DNA of 64,000 nucleotides from the NCBI GenBank assembly GCA_036172245.1, contig JAYWIR010000017.1, positions 1,116,001 through 1,180,000 on the forward strand, given 5' to 3'. The stretch is from Raillietiella orientalis. Taxonomy: Eukaryota. Below, piece by piece: positions 13,380-26,699 of the stretch (its first letter is position 1; the number at the start of each line of letters is the position of its first letter). Under the pieces are notes generated by a model, which was given only the letters and a program-made list of their open reading frames with translations, was not told the origin of the DNA and made no database searches. The position numbers were made by a program, and so were the translations under genes.

Positions 13380-14560
13380 GAAATGGGACGAGTGGCCTTC
13401 CGCGGGGCACAGAGGCTACTCGAAGCTGCTGAACAGCTCGAGAGGTCTGATGCCCTGATAGGCTCCACTGGAGAGTGGGTAAAGATCGACACCACTTGGA
13501 AAAGGAAACAGACACTGGCGAGGCTTCACCAATTTAAGATCGTGCCTAGGAGCAAAGAGATCTGGGATGAGAAAGTGGCCCTGGTGATACCCTACTTTGT
13601 CTCCACTCCAAGGAAGACTTCCATCGGGATACACTAGGGGCGAAGACTGAGAATGGAACATTGCGAAAACAGTTTGCCACCAGTGGGAATCGTCACCAAG
13701 AGCGACTGTTTCGCTTCAGCATGCAGATGAAAGGGAAATTCAGTCACAGAACGTGGGAGCCTTAGAGGCAGCTCCCACATTATGCGTGACTGCTGATGAC
13801 CAAAGCCAACAACATACTTTGCAGAAATATCAAGACGACGGCACCCTCAATGCAGCCTCGAGCCGCTACGAACTTGCGAACGCAAACTTGCAGAAGGCCG
13901 GGGCTGCACTCTGGAGTTACCTTCCCTCGGACACTCAGGACCACCTCCTGTTGTTTTACCACGGAGGGATCCTGAATGGTTCCAGACTTCAACACTGGAC
14001 CGGGAACATCCAAGACGGACTCGCCGAGGCGTGTGGAGTGAATGAAACGCAGCTCTACGGGTTCACCTGCCTCACGCTTCGACCTGATTGGCAAGCGGTG
14101 AAGGCAGTGACCGGCCTGCAGAGAAACAAGATGAACATTCTGGAGGGATTGTTTCAGGGGACGGAAATATCCCCCCGTACAACCCTATGGTTCGAACCAC
14201 GCTTGCCCTCTTCATCACAGCAATTGTGATAAGAGGGGTGAAGATGTAAAAAACGAGAAGAGGACCATTGGCATTAGAAGTCTTGAATGGACTCGCGTAG
14301 AAAGAGACAGGGATCAGGAACTGAGGAAAGGTCCCTGCGTTGATGTATCCTGAGGAAGATTGACGACTATATCCAGGCAAAAGGAACATTCCCCCACCCA
14401 CCCTGAACCCAAACTTCAAAAGATGCACAAGTGTGAAAGTGAGAGTGAATAAAATCAACAGTGCGAAAGAGTGATGCTAATGGTGAAGAAAGCATTGAAA
14501 GAAAGGAAGAGACTTAAAGTTGTCTGTTAAAAGTTAAAAGTTTGTTTAATAAATTCAGCC
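13380..14560 (+). mobile_element. L1/Tx1-like retrotransposon 3' relic (family 1)
   Basis: LWSYLPSDTQDHLLLFYHGGILNGSRL...EACGVNETQLYGFTC (zf-RVT); PYNPMVRTTLALFIT...GIRN*GKVPA matches 5921-6130; 3' UTR CTGTTAAAAG..TTTGT shared; AATAAA at ~14548. Confidence 0.75.
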
Positions 14561-15364
14561 CACCTTGTCGGAACTGTGGACAATCAGAAACGTTCCCACT
14601 TGAGTGTTTCATCTTCACGTTTAGTCCTTTTTTTAAAACGCATACACACATCGTTTCTTCCATGTGGATACTCAGTTCTGCTATCCTTCACTTTCAGTTC
14701 CAAATCAGCTAATTCTGCATGTGGCTCAGCATCTGCAGTCTCCGCCAATTGCAGATCCGAATGATATGAACTTTGCTTTGTTCCAAATTTGCTTTGTCCC
14801 TCAACTACCAGTGAGGTTAGATCAGAAACTGAAACAAAGTAAAACATACAAACTTCTTGCGCAGAGCGGCAAGCAAAGAACGGCAAGATGCGGTTTTTAA
14901 CTTGGTTGCTACGTTGCTGGTGCCGTGTATCTCTGGACAGAAGCAAGCGGCTTATAAAGCCTTGTTGCAAGCACATCTGAAAGACAAACCAAGGAAGAAC
15001 TACGGGCACTAATGCGATTTCGACTCCTGAGAAAAGAATGACGTTGATGTATTCTCAGCAGGACTCAAAAGAGAACGTCGGCCCAATGCAGGAAGGGTTT
15101 CAATGGCAATATCTCAATAAACGGATAAAGTTCCTCAACAGGTTCACATGTTAAGACTATTCAGCACGGCATCAGAAACTGAAAACAAAAAGCAGCCTGC
15201 TGACTCCACGAACTAGAACAACGTCGTTTTCGGAGCTCGATCCCGGTTATGGATCATCGAAATCGATCATTCGCTACTCCCTGTTGGAATAAAATGAGCA
15301 TGACATGGGCACAAAAACAAGCGTACCAAGAAGACACGAAGCTTGAACATGGCTGCACGGAATG

Positions 15365-15950
15365 TGGTTGGGTTCCCACCTGGTGATGTCGGGGCATTTA
15401 TTTTTTTTTCAAAAAAAAAAAAAAAAACAAGATAAGCAAACGATTTGGGAAGACAGGTTCCGAAATAAGAACAGATAGAAAAGAAGTTCAAGGAGACAAT
15501 GTACCGTCACGGTCGGGATTTCTTAAAGTTCGGAACGAGAGGAAGGGAAGAAGAAATATATAAAATAAAGTGGAGGGCGTGGACAGAGGTCACCGGCACT
15601 TTCTTCTCTCTAGAACCGCCGCTGGATGCAGGTGACCTTCTTCTTGACTTCTTCTTGACCTAACAGCCGTCCTCATGCAGAAGGCCGCCACACAGGTGAC
15701 CACCCTTCTCTGCGCCCGAAACTCCAGCAAATGACGGGCCACGACGACATGCAGCATGTCGTCGCAAAGACGGCATCCGTCACGACTTCACCACCACCTC
15801 TCGCGAAGAATCATCACGGCAAGTCCTTCGCAGCGTGGGACGCATTTCTAAACAGGGTGATCGCAAGCGGTAAGGGAAAGCCGGAGTCCCCATTCGAGTG
15901 GACATGCAGTGAGAACGACGGCGGATGAAATGGAAAATTCTCAGCCGCCT
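15365..15950 (-). mobile_element. L1/Tx1-like 3' relic (family 2b)
   Basis: ORF end VKKKVTCIQRRF* matches VKEGATCIMRRLQRLWRV* at ~39400; T-rich 3' UTR, AATAAA and terminal motif TGCCCCGACATCACCAGGTGG. Confidence 0.65.
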
Positions 15951-16759
15951 ATGCATCTCAAATCAAGCAATTAGCAGTAGTTGATCCAGAAGAGCATCAA
16001 AGAGCGGGCTGAACCTGGCGATCTCGACCCGAAAACCGAGGAGAGCTTTCGGAAGAAGCAGTCTCCCGGAGTAACAACATCTCACGCTCCCGGCACACCA
16101 GCGTTTTACTTGCAGCATCCTTCAGATAGTCCTTCTTTCCCACCATGAGACCAGTTCCTGCTTACGCCGCGAAGGGTGATAAATAAATAGATATGTATGC
16201 AAAATACGAAAAGATACATCTGTGTATTTGCATATTATTTTCAGATAGATACCCAAGTCTAAAAGCAAAGACAGTCGAAGACCAGCTTATCACGAAGCCG
16301 ACTAGGAGACCAGCAAGAAGTCCGTTTCCTAGCCACAGCAATCAATTTAGACTAGAGCATATCTAATGGACGTTGTCATTAGAGAAAAGTTTCTCGAATG
16401 TTATTCATTCATTACAGATCACTTAATCTAATTAAATGATGCTCGTATCGTCACTGATAAAAGACCACTCGAGTGAAACAAGACTTAATTTTTGATGCTT
16501 CTTGACAAAGTTGCCATGGAACTTTTATGTAATTGTTCCTCCATTATAGTGTCTGGATGTAGGTTACGATCATTATTCCATCATTACTTTGAATACCGTC
16601 GTTAGTAGCATCTAGCCATCTTATCTATGGATATGTAGCTCATCTCTATATATTTCGCGTCTATATGCTCATCTTATCGCGGTTTCAGGTATGGAGTAAT
16701 GGACCTAGTGTCTGTATTCCGGTGCAAAAGGCTTCATTCTGGCAATCTCAATAGAGTAT

Positions 16760-19700
16760 CCATAGAATATCATGAAACACCATACTCGGATTCCAGCAGA
16801 TTGTTGTTCTTTTGCAGCATCCCTTTCCATAGGTCCTAAGAGCTTTCCTTCTGCCTGTGAATCTCTGCTACTGCTTTCTCACATCCTTCTTGCAGATTTC
16901 TGTATTCTGATAAAAAATCGAGAATCGCCTCCACACTCCCACCTGACTGGTCATCTTCTGAGGCTAGCCTTTTTGCAGTTGGGGTCATATCTTCGTTTTA
17001 CTCCAAGTAACCGTTCCATTTCTAGAGTCCAGCTGCTGGTATTCCTCGATTTATGCTGGGGGCTATTTGCGAAACCATCCACTGATTGATCTCGTTTCGA
17101 TCCTATCCTTCGTGTGAGTGAAATTTAATTTCGGCCTGCCGCCTCCTTCTTTGACTCGAGTCTGTTTCCAGTTGTTATGGAAACCGGGGCATTTCCAGAA
17201 AATTCACTACTTGGCAGGCATCTTCTAGCACTACTGATGAGAAGTCAAGCAGATGATTGTTGCGAGAAACATCTTCATATGGAACGAACTTGTGGCAATA
17301 CAAGATTGCTCCCATCACAGATTCTGAGATTCTCTCTGCATGGAGCATGCGTGTCTTGAGATCTTCAGTTTGGTCACCATTGCTTAGTCTTTCGTGGAAC
17401 ACACGGTGCATTTTGAAATTTCCTAAGGAGTGCACGCCATACGATTGTTTCTCTTTCTTTCCTGACTATGAATGACATTAGTCCTCAGACGCCTGCATCC
17501 TAAGCCTTATCTTTAACTTCGGAATTTTAGATTAAAACTGAATTCTCCATCCATTCTGGACCTTTTGCGACCAACGAATTCGTTTACTCCCCATCATCAG
17601 TATTTAATGTGTGCCTTTTTTAGACTGGAGTGCTCTTGGTAAAATCCTGAAATCTAAACACGTGTCGATGGGCACAATCTCATTTGAATGGTGGCGATGA
17701 GTAACCCCGTTCTTCTTCCCATTCCTTTCCCGTTCAGCAGAAAACGGACTTGAGTTATTCGCGTGGACTTCGACTGCCTTCCCGAACGCATCGCCTCAAA
17801 GAAGGCGATTGGCGAAAGCGACAGCGGAATTTTTGAGGTTTTCCGTTGGCATTCAGAAGAACCGGAGTCCACCTGCGAATCCCAAAACCCCGACCTAAGA
17901 CTCTTCCTCGTAGGTTTCCATTTCGTTTCTTTCTTCCTGCGAGATGCGACTGTCTGAAAGATACTTTGGAAGCACCTCTGAAACACTTGAGTCTAGAGGA
18001 TTCCTCTAAGGTCAGATTTGCCTCCAGAGAACGGATTCGACCGCAGTACCGCGTCTCGCCGGCAGGCATTCCAGCTCCCTAGCGGAATCCTGAAAGAATC
18101 AAAAATGCCTCGAAGTCATGAGCCTCCACTTCAAACACCCCTCTTCGAGCTGTCTTGGGAACGAACACTAAGAAGTGTTTTTATTCCGCGAAGCACCCTC
18201 TCCCACTTGCCAAAGAGTCGAGTCTCGACTTCTAGCACATTCGTGACGCGCAGACCTCTTGCAAGTCCGTGGAGTCGGCAGTCCCAGAAAATGAAAGGCA
18301 CCTTGAGCGAACGAGATAAGCCTCAGAAGAATGGGCGATGCTGCAAGAGTGCAGCCCAGAGGGAGCAACGCCGTCCCGCAAAGCTTGAAATTGCTCGCCC
18401 ACCATTGAAACCCTCACCAACTCACAAGATGGCACCAACCGTGTACGTCCGCGCTGGTGGTCGTGTGGCTGCGGTCTCCGCGCGCGAGGCACCAAGCGTC
18501 GCGGGATCGAATCCTGCCTGGAGAAAGGATCGACGCCGAGAAATTGGTGGGCCATGGGCTCCGAGTCCCCCCCCCCCCGCAGTACGGCGTTTATATTGGC
18601 TTCGGGTACAGCATTAGCAGAAGCCGGAAACCGGATGACACCGTTGATCTGGCCTTGGGATTGGAAGTTGACCCTCCGGCGCCCTTCTCGGAACCAAGGG
18701 GTCCTTCGGGGTTCCCCTCCGGTTGTGCAAATGCAGCTGCGTCCACCTCCCACCCCATCCCCTTCCCTTCGAGGGGAACCTTCCATCTCGAGCCATAGGG
18801 ATGGCGGATTGACACCTTTCCAGAGTGCAAGGAGCGCGCCGCTCCCCTTTCGGGAAGCACCCTCCAGAGGAATCTGGAAGCGGGAGGGATTCCTTCCCAA
18901 ACGTGAGAGGAACGGACTCCTCCCTCTGGAACCCTTCCTGGGTTCATAGAGTGGCTCCTACAGGGTCACCACCTAACTTGAGGAGTTCACACTCACCTTC
19001 GGGTGGCGTGTGCAGTATTGAAAGAGCCCCTTCTTGCTCCCTCACAAATGTCAAGAAGCATTCTTGAGTACTTGGCGAACCGTGCACGTCCTTCCATTGA
19101 CCGAGAGCAGCGCCACTCATTCGGTGCGGAGGCCACCCGCGGCGGAAGGAAGGTACCGTTCCCTGGGTCCCCCTGTCCTGAAGATGGCGGATTCCCGATT
19201 CTTTTCGCGTTGCGAAACGAGCAGGCAGCTGGAAAAGGTAGCATCTCGAAAGCACCGGAAAGCGCACGCGACCTGGAAGAAACTTTCAATTCATCCTAGT
19301 CGTGGGGATTCTCCGTCGGAGCCCTCCTCTCCTTCCTCCACTCCAACCAGACGAGCTTGCGCGACCGTCTCAGGAATCCCCCAAATGGAAATTATATCCG
19401 CTGGAAATTGAGGGAGCTCCTTCGCTCCTGTTGGTTTAGGAGAAATTGGAGGTAAAAACAAACAAACAGAAGGTATTAAAAAAACAGCAACAACAACAAA
19501 GACCTACCTGCCCATTCCGAGAGAGGTGGCGTTCGGTGAGAGCTTTAGGGGAATAGGGAAGGAAAAACTCCCGATCCAGCTTTTGCAGGATGCCGATGAG
19601 GGCACAGGGAAGTAGTAGCACTTCTTCCATTCAGATTCCAGGTTTGTTCAGTGCCTCAGCACCAGTTACCCGAAATTGGTCTGCCACTCGTGCCGTGGTG

Positions 19701-20000
19701 CGGCTGGGAGCAGCAGCAGACTCGCTCCATTCTTTCGATGGTAAGTAAAAAGACGAGTTCTATTCTGGTTCTTCTTAGAGGTAATTTTCTTGCAGGAGGA
19801 ACGCGGGCCTCTTTGTCTTGTTTCCTATGCCGGGTGCCTTGCAAAGGAGTACAACCTCAGGCATCATCCTGTGACTGCCGCTGCCTCCCGAAAGTTCAGC
19901 AAGGGGTAGATGAACATCAGATCGGGCCGGAGGCGAATCTTTGCAAGGGGTACCTTCATTCACAGAAGAAAGCTCGCAAAGAAGTTTCTCTTTTCTAACT
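16760..20000 (-). mobile_element. Near full-length decayed Tx1/L1-like element (ORF1 knuckles, APE end, RT), interrupted by SINE copy B
   Basis: Degenerate gag-like knuckles at 19690-19970; PPHR...GQWKDVHGS (APE SDH..GxWKxN, ~19100); VRFLLNG..GRRTGLLIAT (GVRQGxPLS, ~17710); NTDD (YADD relic, ~17600); thumb-like LKTRMLHAERI..ILY (~17320). Confidence 0.6.
18451..19026 (+). mobile_element. tRNA-derived SINE, copy B
   Basis: Head TGGTGGTCGTGTGG...GGGATCGAATCC; colinear with copies C and E over ~570 bp. Confidence 0.85.
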
Positions 20001-20849
20001 TCAGTTAGCAATGAAGATTTGGTAATGGAGCGCCTGCTATTGGCAAATCTTCTGAAGAAGTTTGGCCAGGAGAGCTGAGAGATTCTTCAGTACAATCACT
20101 CTTTTCTTCGAGTGAACTCTGCACCGAATAAATAGCGTCGCTGGTAGGATCTGAGCTTGGTCGATGGGAGGACGTGCTAGTTGGTGTCATCTCCATCGAC
20201 CTCCTCAAGAGATGTCCTGATGTGATGGCCGCCGCTTCGTTTGGCGTGTTTCTTGCATTGAAACTTCCTCCGAAACTTGTGGTGAAAGGTAAAAAATTCA
20301 TCAAGCACGACACCAAGTAGGTTATGGAATCCCGATCCATTTTTGATGCTTTGCACGTCTATCCAGATTCTTCTCTGTCTCTGTCTCTGTGTCTCTTTGT
20401 TCTTTTTCGGTTTTCTTCCTTTTTAGTGTGCCAAACATTCAAAAATCGTTGCCTTCATTTCATAGGGGCATCGGGGTGGCTCGAAACGCCGCCGCATGGG
20501 ACGGACAGGGCTCTCCACTACGCATTACGAGGAATTCATGGAGAGCGACGGCTCCCTGATCGCCAGACGACCCTGAAGGGTGCAATCTTGATCCTCTGGA
20601 GTCAACAGGGCATCCGGCCGAGGACGCGAGTGGGTCTAACCAATGCATGCCCTAAGCCCGATCCGGCCCCGTCTTTTTGGCTGGAGGCCGCGGCTGCATG
20701 GCCTCCAGCCAATAATTGAACCCTGCCCGCAGGAGGACTTGCAGGAACGCATTGATTCCGAGGAGCGGAAGGTCGAACGCAGATTAAATCGAACGCCATG
20801 AATCTCGCAGCCCACAAACCAGCTGCAGCCTGCATCCAGCTGCCCAGAA

Positions 20850-21430
20850 CGTAAACACGAGGGACAGCGCTGGGAAGAAGGCCTTTGGTGTTTCTTTTTC
20901 TTCCATGGCGAATCTGGATAAGCCAGACGAATGGGATCTCATGCTGGAGATAGTCGTCTTCCCAGTCTGCCACCGACAGACTTTCCTTCGGGCTCTTCTG
21001 TTTTGACTGGACTGCAGCTGCATGCTCTTCGGCAAGATGGTCACTTGCTTAGCATGGATACTGCGCAATTGTGTTTTGGTAAATACCTGTGACTTGGTAA
21101 ATCCAGCAGCACCACCGACTCTGGTAACTCGGAACTTTCTCCGCGCTTTCTGGCCGGGGGTTGATGAACTTTTGCAAACCTCCACAGCTGCGAGCCGCTC
21201 ACTTGGAGTCTTGCGGGCCACCCGTACACGCTAGCCATGGACGTCCTCTCACAGCTAGAGAGTTTCTTGCTTCCACTGCTTCAGCTCCAGAAATCCAGCT
21301 ACATAGTCTGCATCTGCATAGTTTTCTTTCGAGACAATTTTCATGATTGGGGCACGAAATGTACGGTCGCCCCACAATAAGAAACACGGCGCACCGCATC
21401 AGTGCAGCAACTTTGTCTTCGAGGCTTAAT
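20850..21430 (-). mobile_element. Possible N-terminal zinc-finger/Myb relic of an R2/NeSL-type element
   Basis: CRLC, EVCK, QLRSIH followed by KVCRW / DWEDDYL resemble C2H2 + Myb motifs; heavily decayed. Confidence 0.3.
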
Positions 21431-22099
21431 AGCAAATAGTTATTGGGATTTTTGAAACATGAATAATGTCACTACTGATAGTCATCGATGGATGAGCACC
21501 GCTAATGCTCGCGATCGCACGTATCCAGACATCTTTTCTACGAAAACTTGGAAATGAAAGCCATGAAATGAAGGAAGGCCAGAAACAAGAAAAGACGTTG
21601 CCCATTCACCATCATGCAGATTCTACCCTACTTGGATTTCTCCCTGTCCGCCAAAATTAAAAGCAGCGACCACAAAATTTTCGTTTCCCGTGACGACGGC
21701 ACTGATGCGAGGGTTACATGAGTATGATGCATGCATAATTTCATCATTACAGCATCATGTGGCCAATGTCGCCAAAACACGCAGACCCATTACGCTGAGC
21801 ATCCAACGGGAACATTCGAGGAAAGCGTCTTCCTTCGCACATCTCTATTTGCATCCCAGAGAAAGAGAGAAGCATTGCTTCTCCTCACACTCCCATAACC
21901 TCAATTTCTCCTCATCTTTCCGGATTTCAATTTTATAAATTAATCTCAGCGACCTGGTCACGATAAGGAATCGGTAGAAAGAGTGTTTCCTTTTAGTCTG
22001 TATGAAAGCGAAAGTCACAGATCTCACAGAGAGATGATCTGAATGAATGAAAACCACTTATTTACTTGGTTCAATGCGAAGATAACACAGAGAGATAAG

Positions 22100-23450
22100 G
22101 TTCTGCGAGGAAAAACTGTCTCGATATCTTCCGCAAGCGAACTTCTGTACCATCCGTAATCGGAAATCTTCCTTCCGACATCGCTCTTTTCAGATGTCAT
22201 CAGAGTCGCGAGGTATCTCCTACAGCAGTTATGAGGTGTACTCAGACTCTAATAAGACTTGTGTTCCAGAAATTCAAGTGTTTACAGGTTGAAGCCGATC
22301 AGAGATTCTCTGGGAGACAACCTGCCACAAGCAGGTACAAGCGAATCATTTGATTCAAAACAGATCTCTAATGATCCTTGCTAAATATGGAAACAAATTG
22401 TTCCAATCTTGTTCTTTCTTTTTCACTCTTGAATTTTAAATTTCCCAGCAGCCACTAAAGCCAAATCACTTTCGCACTTGAGATGAGTCTTTTATTCCAA
22501 ATAATGCCGGAAAAGCCGCGAAATGAGTGCGATTCTTGGATGATGACCAGGATTTGTTTGCCGGAGGCAAAAGAAGAGAGAGACAGGGAAAGTACTCGGA
22601 GCATTCAGTGACGAATACAACGCCGATCTTCCGTTGATTCGCGTCACACACGACGCTGTTGCCTCCTTGCGTTGCGCGAATTGACATCGGAAGGGCTTGC
22701 GAGATTTTTGCTGGTGAGTCAAGCAAGCATCAGTCCGTGAACTCCATGGAATCAGAACGCCTCGAAGAAGAGATCACAAAACACAAGAGCGAGCGTTTGT
22801 TTTCCCACAAAACAAGGCGACCTAAACCCACGAGCCCGGAGTGTCTGCGTGGATTACCACGAAGATGAATGAGCAAACCGCTTATGAGAAGGGACGGAAT
22901 TCGGGAAAAAAAAACAAAAAGCAGGAAGATGCGTATATCGAGAAGACCGGATCTACTGATGAATCCTTTCGAGCAGCGATATTGCATAACGCCACTGAAC
23001 AGAAACTCATCGAAATGGATGAAGACAATAGAAACTGCACAGACCCTAACGCTAATGGGATCCTCCCGATGCAGAAAATGCCTCACCAAATGACGGAAAC
23101 TGTTAACAGGTGAGGCTAAAATGAGACGATGGAAAACATCCAGAAGCACCATCCAGACCGCAATAAAACACCTATAACTTCCAACTTCGTAGCAGCTGAT
23201 GATCGGAACGCAGTGAATAATTGGGAATTCTTGGAGGAGAATTTCCTATACTTCATCTCAGCAAGCACATCATCAAAAGTGCAAAAAAGAGGGGGGAAAA
23301 AAAAATCCGGAGAATGAACTTTTGCTTCAGCAGATAAGTTCCTACAAGATGGACCAAAAATAGCCCGCGAAGTTGGGAGATGAATCATCGAGATAGCTCC
23401 GAATTGTAATGATATGTTCACTCACTTCATAGCAGTTGCAGAAAACCAGA
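22100..23450 (+). mobile_element. Decayed LINE ORF2 (thumb region), probable
   Basis: FCW...PW...PTKQGDL resembles the L1-type FxW..V.W....PKxxGGL thumb motif (~22710-22825). Confidence 0.3.
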
Positions 23451-24150
23451 TGTTGGCTCATTCCAATAGCGTGACTCTTTTTGCATAAAGAGCAAAATGT
23501 ACCGTGGAAAGGAAGTCAGCCCATCGGGGTAGTGTGCGAATCCTTCGAGGGATTCCTAGGTTCTGTCAAATAAAAAGATATCAAGATCACAGTAGATGCT
23601 TTAAAAAGGAAAACTGAAAATTTCTCCAGCACCAGTGCACCAGAGCCACTGGACCCGATGTCCAAGTATCAAACCGCGCTCAAATAGCCGCAAACAAGAG
23701 GCCTTCGTGGGTAAGGTGCAAGCACCGCAACCTACTTTTTTTTATTCCATGCCCACCTTCTGTGGTGCAGTGAAACCCATTCCCATTGAAATGCTGAAGC
23801 CGGCATTCTGTTTCGCTGATTCTGCGCGAGGTTGGAGAGATTTGGTTAGCAGAAACGATCGTTCTTGCTGGAAGTGACGTGGGCGTTGAATAATCAGCAG
23901 TCGTGCGGATTCAGCAAAGAATTTTTTTGCTTCTTTCAGAAACTGCGTCTCAAAAACAGCTGGACGCTTCCAAAATGATTTTCATGCTCGGTCAGTTGCA
24001 GCCAAAGCTAAGAATCGGATCAGATGAAAGCAAAGCAGCATTTCAAGAACTCGAATGTTACTTCAGAGTGATTTTCATTCTTAAGGAGAGAAGAACCTCT
24101 ATTCATGAGTTGGAAGGTTGCAGGGTTGTTGTTTTTCTACTTGGTGCTTT

Positions 24151-24183
24151 CATGTTTGTTGTTTACTGAAAACAACAAACATG
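24151..24183. repeat. Perfect 14 bp inverted repeat
   Basis: CATGTTTGTTGTTT-actga-AAACAACAAACATG. Confidence 0.9.
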
Positions 24184-26699
24184 CAAAAAATCAGTGATGT
24201 GCCTGTCTCTCCTACCACCTCCAATGTACATGGAATTTGTCCAGACGCCGGTACATAAGCAATCGCTGGCTAATCCGTCCCGGGATGACAGATCAGTTTC
24301 AATTCCCAGGGAGGGGATGGTTCGCGAATGGAGGACAGCTGAGGATGCGACGATTATGCGTGGTACAAAAGGGTGGCTTTCTGCAGCTAGGAGACGTAGG
24401 TTGTGTCTATTAGGGATTATAAGTGTGTCGAGTTCAAGGTCTGAGTATTCGTACGTCCAGGATCATTGGTTCCGGATCGATGCTGGTTGTAAGGGAGGAG
24501 GAGGAGTTGGCAACGGCAATGGTCACCATAAGAAAAATGGGAACGCCACGAAGATCACGAGGAGGGATGGCTGCATGTGCAGCTGAAGAACCTATGAACA
24601 GAAACAACGGTTTGCTAAGTGAACACGGAAGAGAGCATCCGTCTATTTCACCGAGCATCTGTGATGGGTTCAGAGAACGGCAGCGAAGGGAAGCGCCATA
24701 GAGACGCAGTACACACATGAATGGAGTTCTCGGGAACAAGCAGGCTTTTCGAAAGTTTGCGGTGCCTCTTTGTGAGGAAGCAAAATTGCTACAAGGAAAA
24801 AATTGATCCCTGGCGTACCGAGAAACGGAAAGCGTTATTGGAGGCAGCCACATCCATCTCCTCTGTACCACATAAATAAAAAACAAAAAACAAAAAACAT
24901 GAGAAAAATTACTAGCTGGATAGAGCTATCCATAGCTGTAAACACAATATCTCTGAAACTGGGACCGATTACGGAGATTCAGTGTTGTTGCTGGAGTAGA
25001 GTAGCTGGATAGAGCTATCGAGGATGACGAGAACTCTGACCTCATCGTTTAGATAAAAGTCTTCTTTCGATTGCATCTTGCATATCGAGCTGAACGTCTC
25101 AGACCCCTTCCGAAGACCTAAGCAACGTATGTGCATGCCTCACACATTGGAGTGACTGGGTGATATGTATCTACACTCCATAAAATGGCGTATGTTGTTT
25201 GCTTCTATTATAATTCGGCCCTTTCATTGAGATGCAGACGAAGGCAATCCGAGGCTGGTAGTTTATCAGAGATGCGCCCAGGAAAAGAGACGCCTTCTTC
25301 ATCCGAAGACGGCGACAAGGGTAAAATAATATGAATGTCAATGCACGTAAAAGAAGAACAGTTAATTAAACGTTTTAATTAGGAATATTTCGCATAAAAA
25401 AAGTTCGATGCAGAAGAATGACTGAGGATGCAGCGGCTATCCATAAAATAGAAAAAATCGAACGTAAACGATCCCATGAAAACTAAACTGCATGATGATG
25501 CATCAAAAATAGAAGCCCCGAATTAAAGTCTCTGCAGTGTCCGACGTCTGAATTTGGGAAGTTACAAATCTTTGCAGCAAAAAACACTTTTGTACAAGAC
25601 CAAATGCTCCATCGCTTGCTACCACGTATCTCTAGGGACGAAGAGTTGAAAACGTCACAAAATGGAAAACTCGTGTGAATCAGATGGCCTCATAGATCCA
25701 CGAAGATTTCGCAAAGAGGGGCAAAGCTCAGGAAGAACAGAAAGCATGATGCCGACCTTCCATGAGTAATCACCAAGCTAATAGGAAAGGAGCCTCCTTC
25801 CTACGAGGAAGAACAAGGTTCCCAGAACAGAAGAATAACCTATAAGTCACACTTAGAAGTGGGTCATGTAAAAAGCAGAATCTGTTAATTTAAGGTTCGC
25901 GAGTTCTTGATGAGGAGAATGATTTGTTCCATTTAATATGGAACGTGATCAAAGAGAAAGACCGCAAAATTCCTAATGAAAACGGTGAGATTTGTTGTCA
26001 TGAAACTGATCTTATTCACAGATCTTATTTTTACACAGAAAAGGATAAATAGGGGTTTATTAGCTTTCTGTGCTCTGAAGTTGCACCTCCTGAGTGCTCT
26101 GAAGGTGGACTCCGAACTGGAAGACGAGGTTTCACCAAGCGGCACACTTGGTAGTCCCTGACATCTATCCAGTCACCGATAAAGCATGGAACAGAGCGTT
26201 TATCTGGAACGTTTCTTCTATCGCGAAGGACATGAAGTCAATGCTGCGGGGATTGAAAGCTCATTTTTCGAGACTCCTTTACAAGAGAACTCACTGTGTC
26301 CTGATTCACCTGGTGTTGAACATCAGGAAGGTTTACGTGGAAAGTTGCGGATTTTTGACAGCAGGCCAATGGATGAAATGCTCAAATGCACTTCATCGCA
26401 GCACTTCATTTCTTCATGCTTTGAAGATCGAGCTCCAGCTGCGAGAACGAACTGATTTTTAATTGAGGTTTCCCTCGTAAATACGACCTAAAAAATGATG
26501 GTTTTCCATAAAGCATGGCTTGCTCTTCAAAACTCCCACAAGCCTCTGGAATGAAATCCCCTCCTCGTTCCAGAAAGGATTCGTTTTGAGTCGACTCTCA
26601 AACTTCTAGTCATCTTGAAGTATGATCGATCAGACGGCCTCGAAAGATAGCAAAGAGGAATTCACACTTCAGAAACATCACCTATGTGGAGTGGAGAGT

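Noticed and set aside
19175..19230. Hammerhead-like CTGAAGA...GAAAC
   Set aside because: Stem II cannot pair next to the core, and no convincing stems I/III are present.
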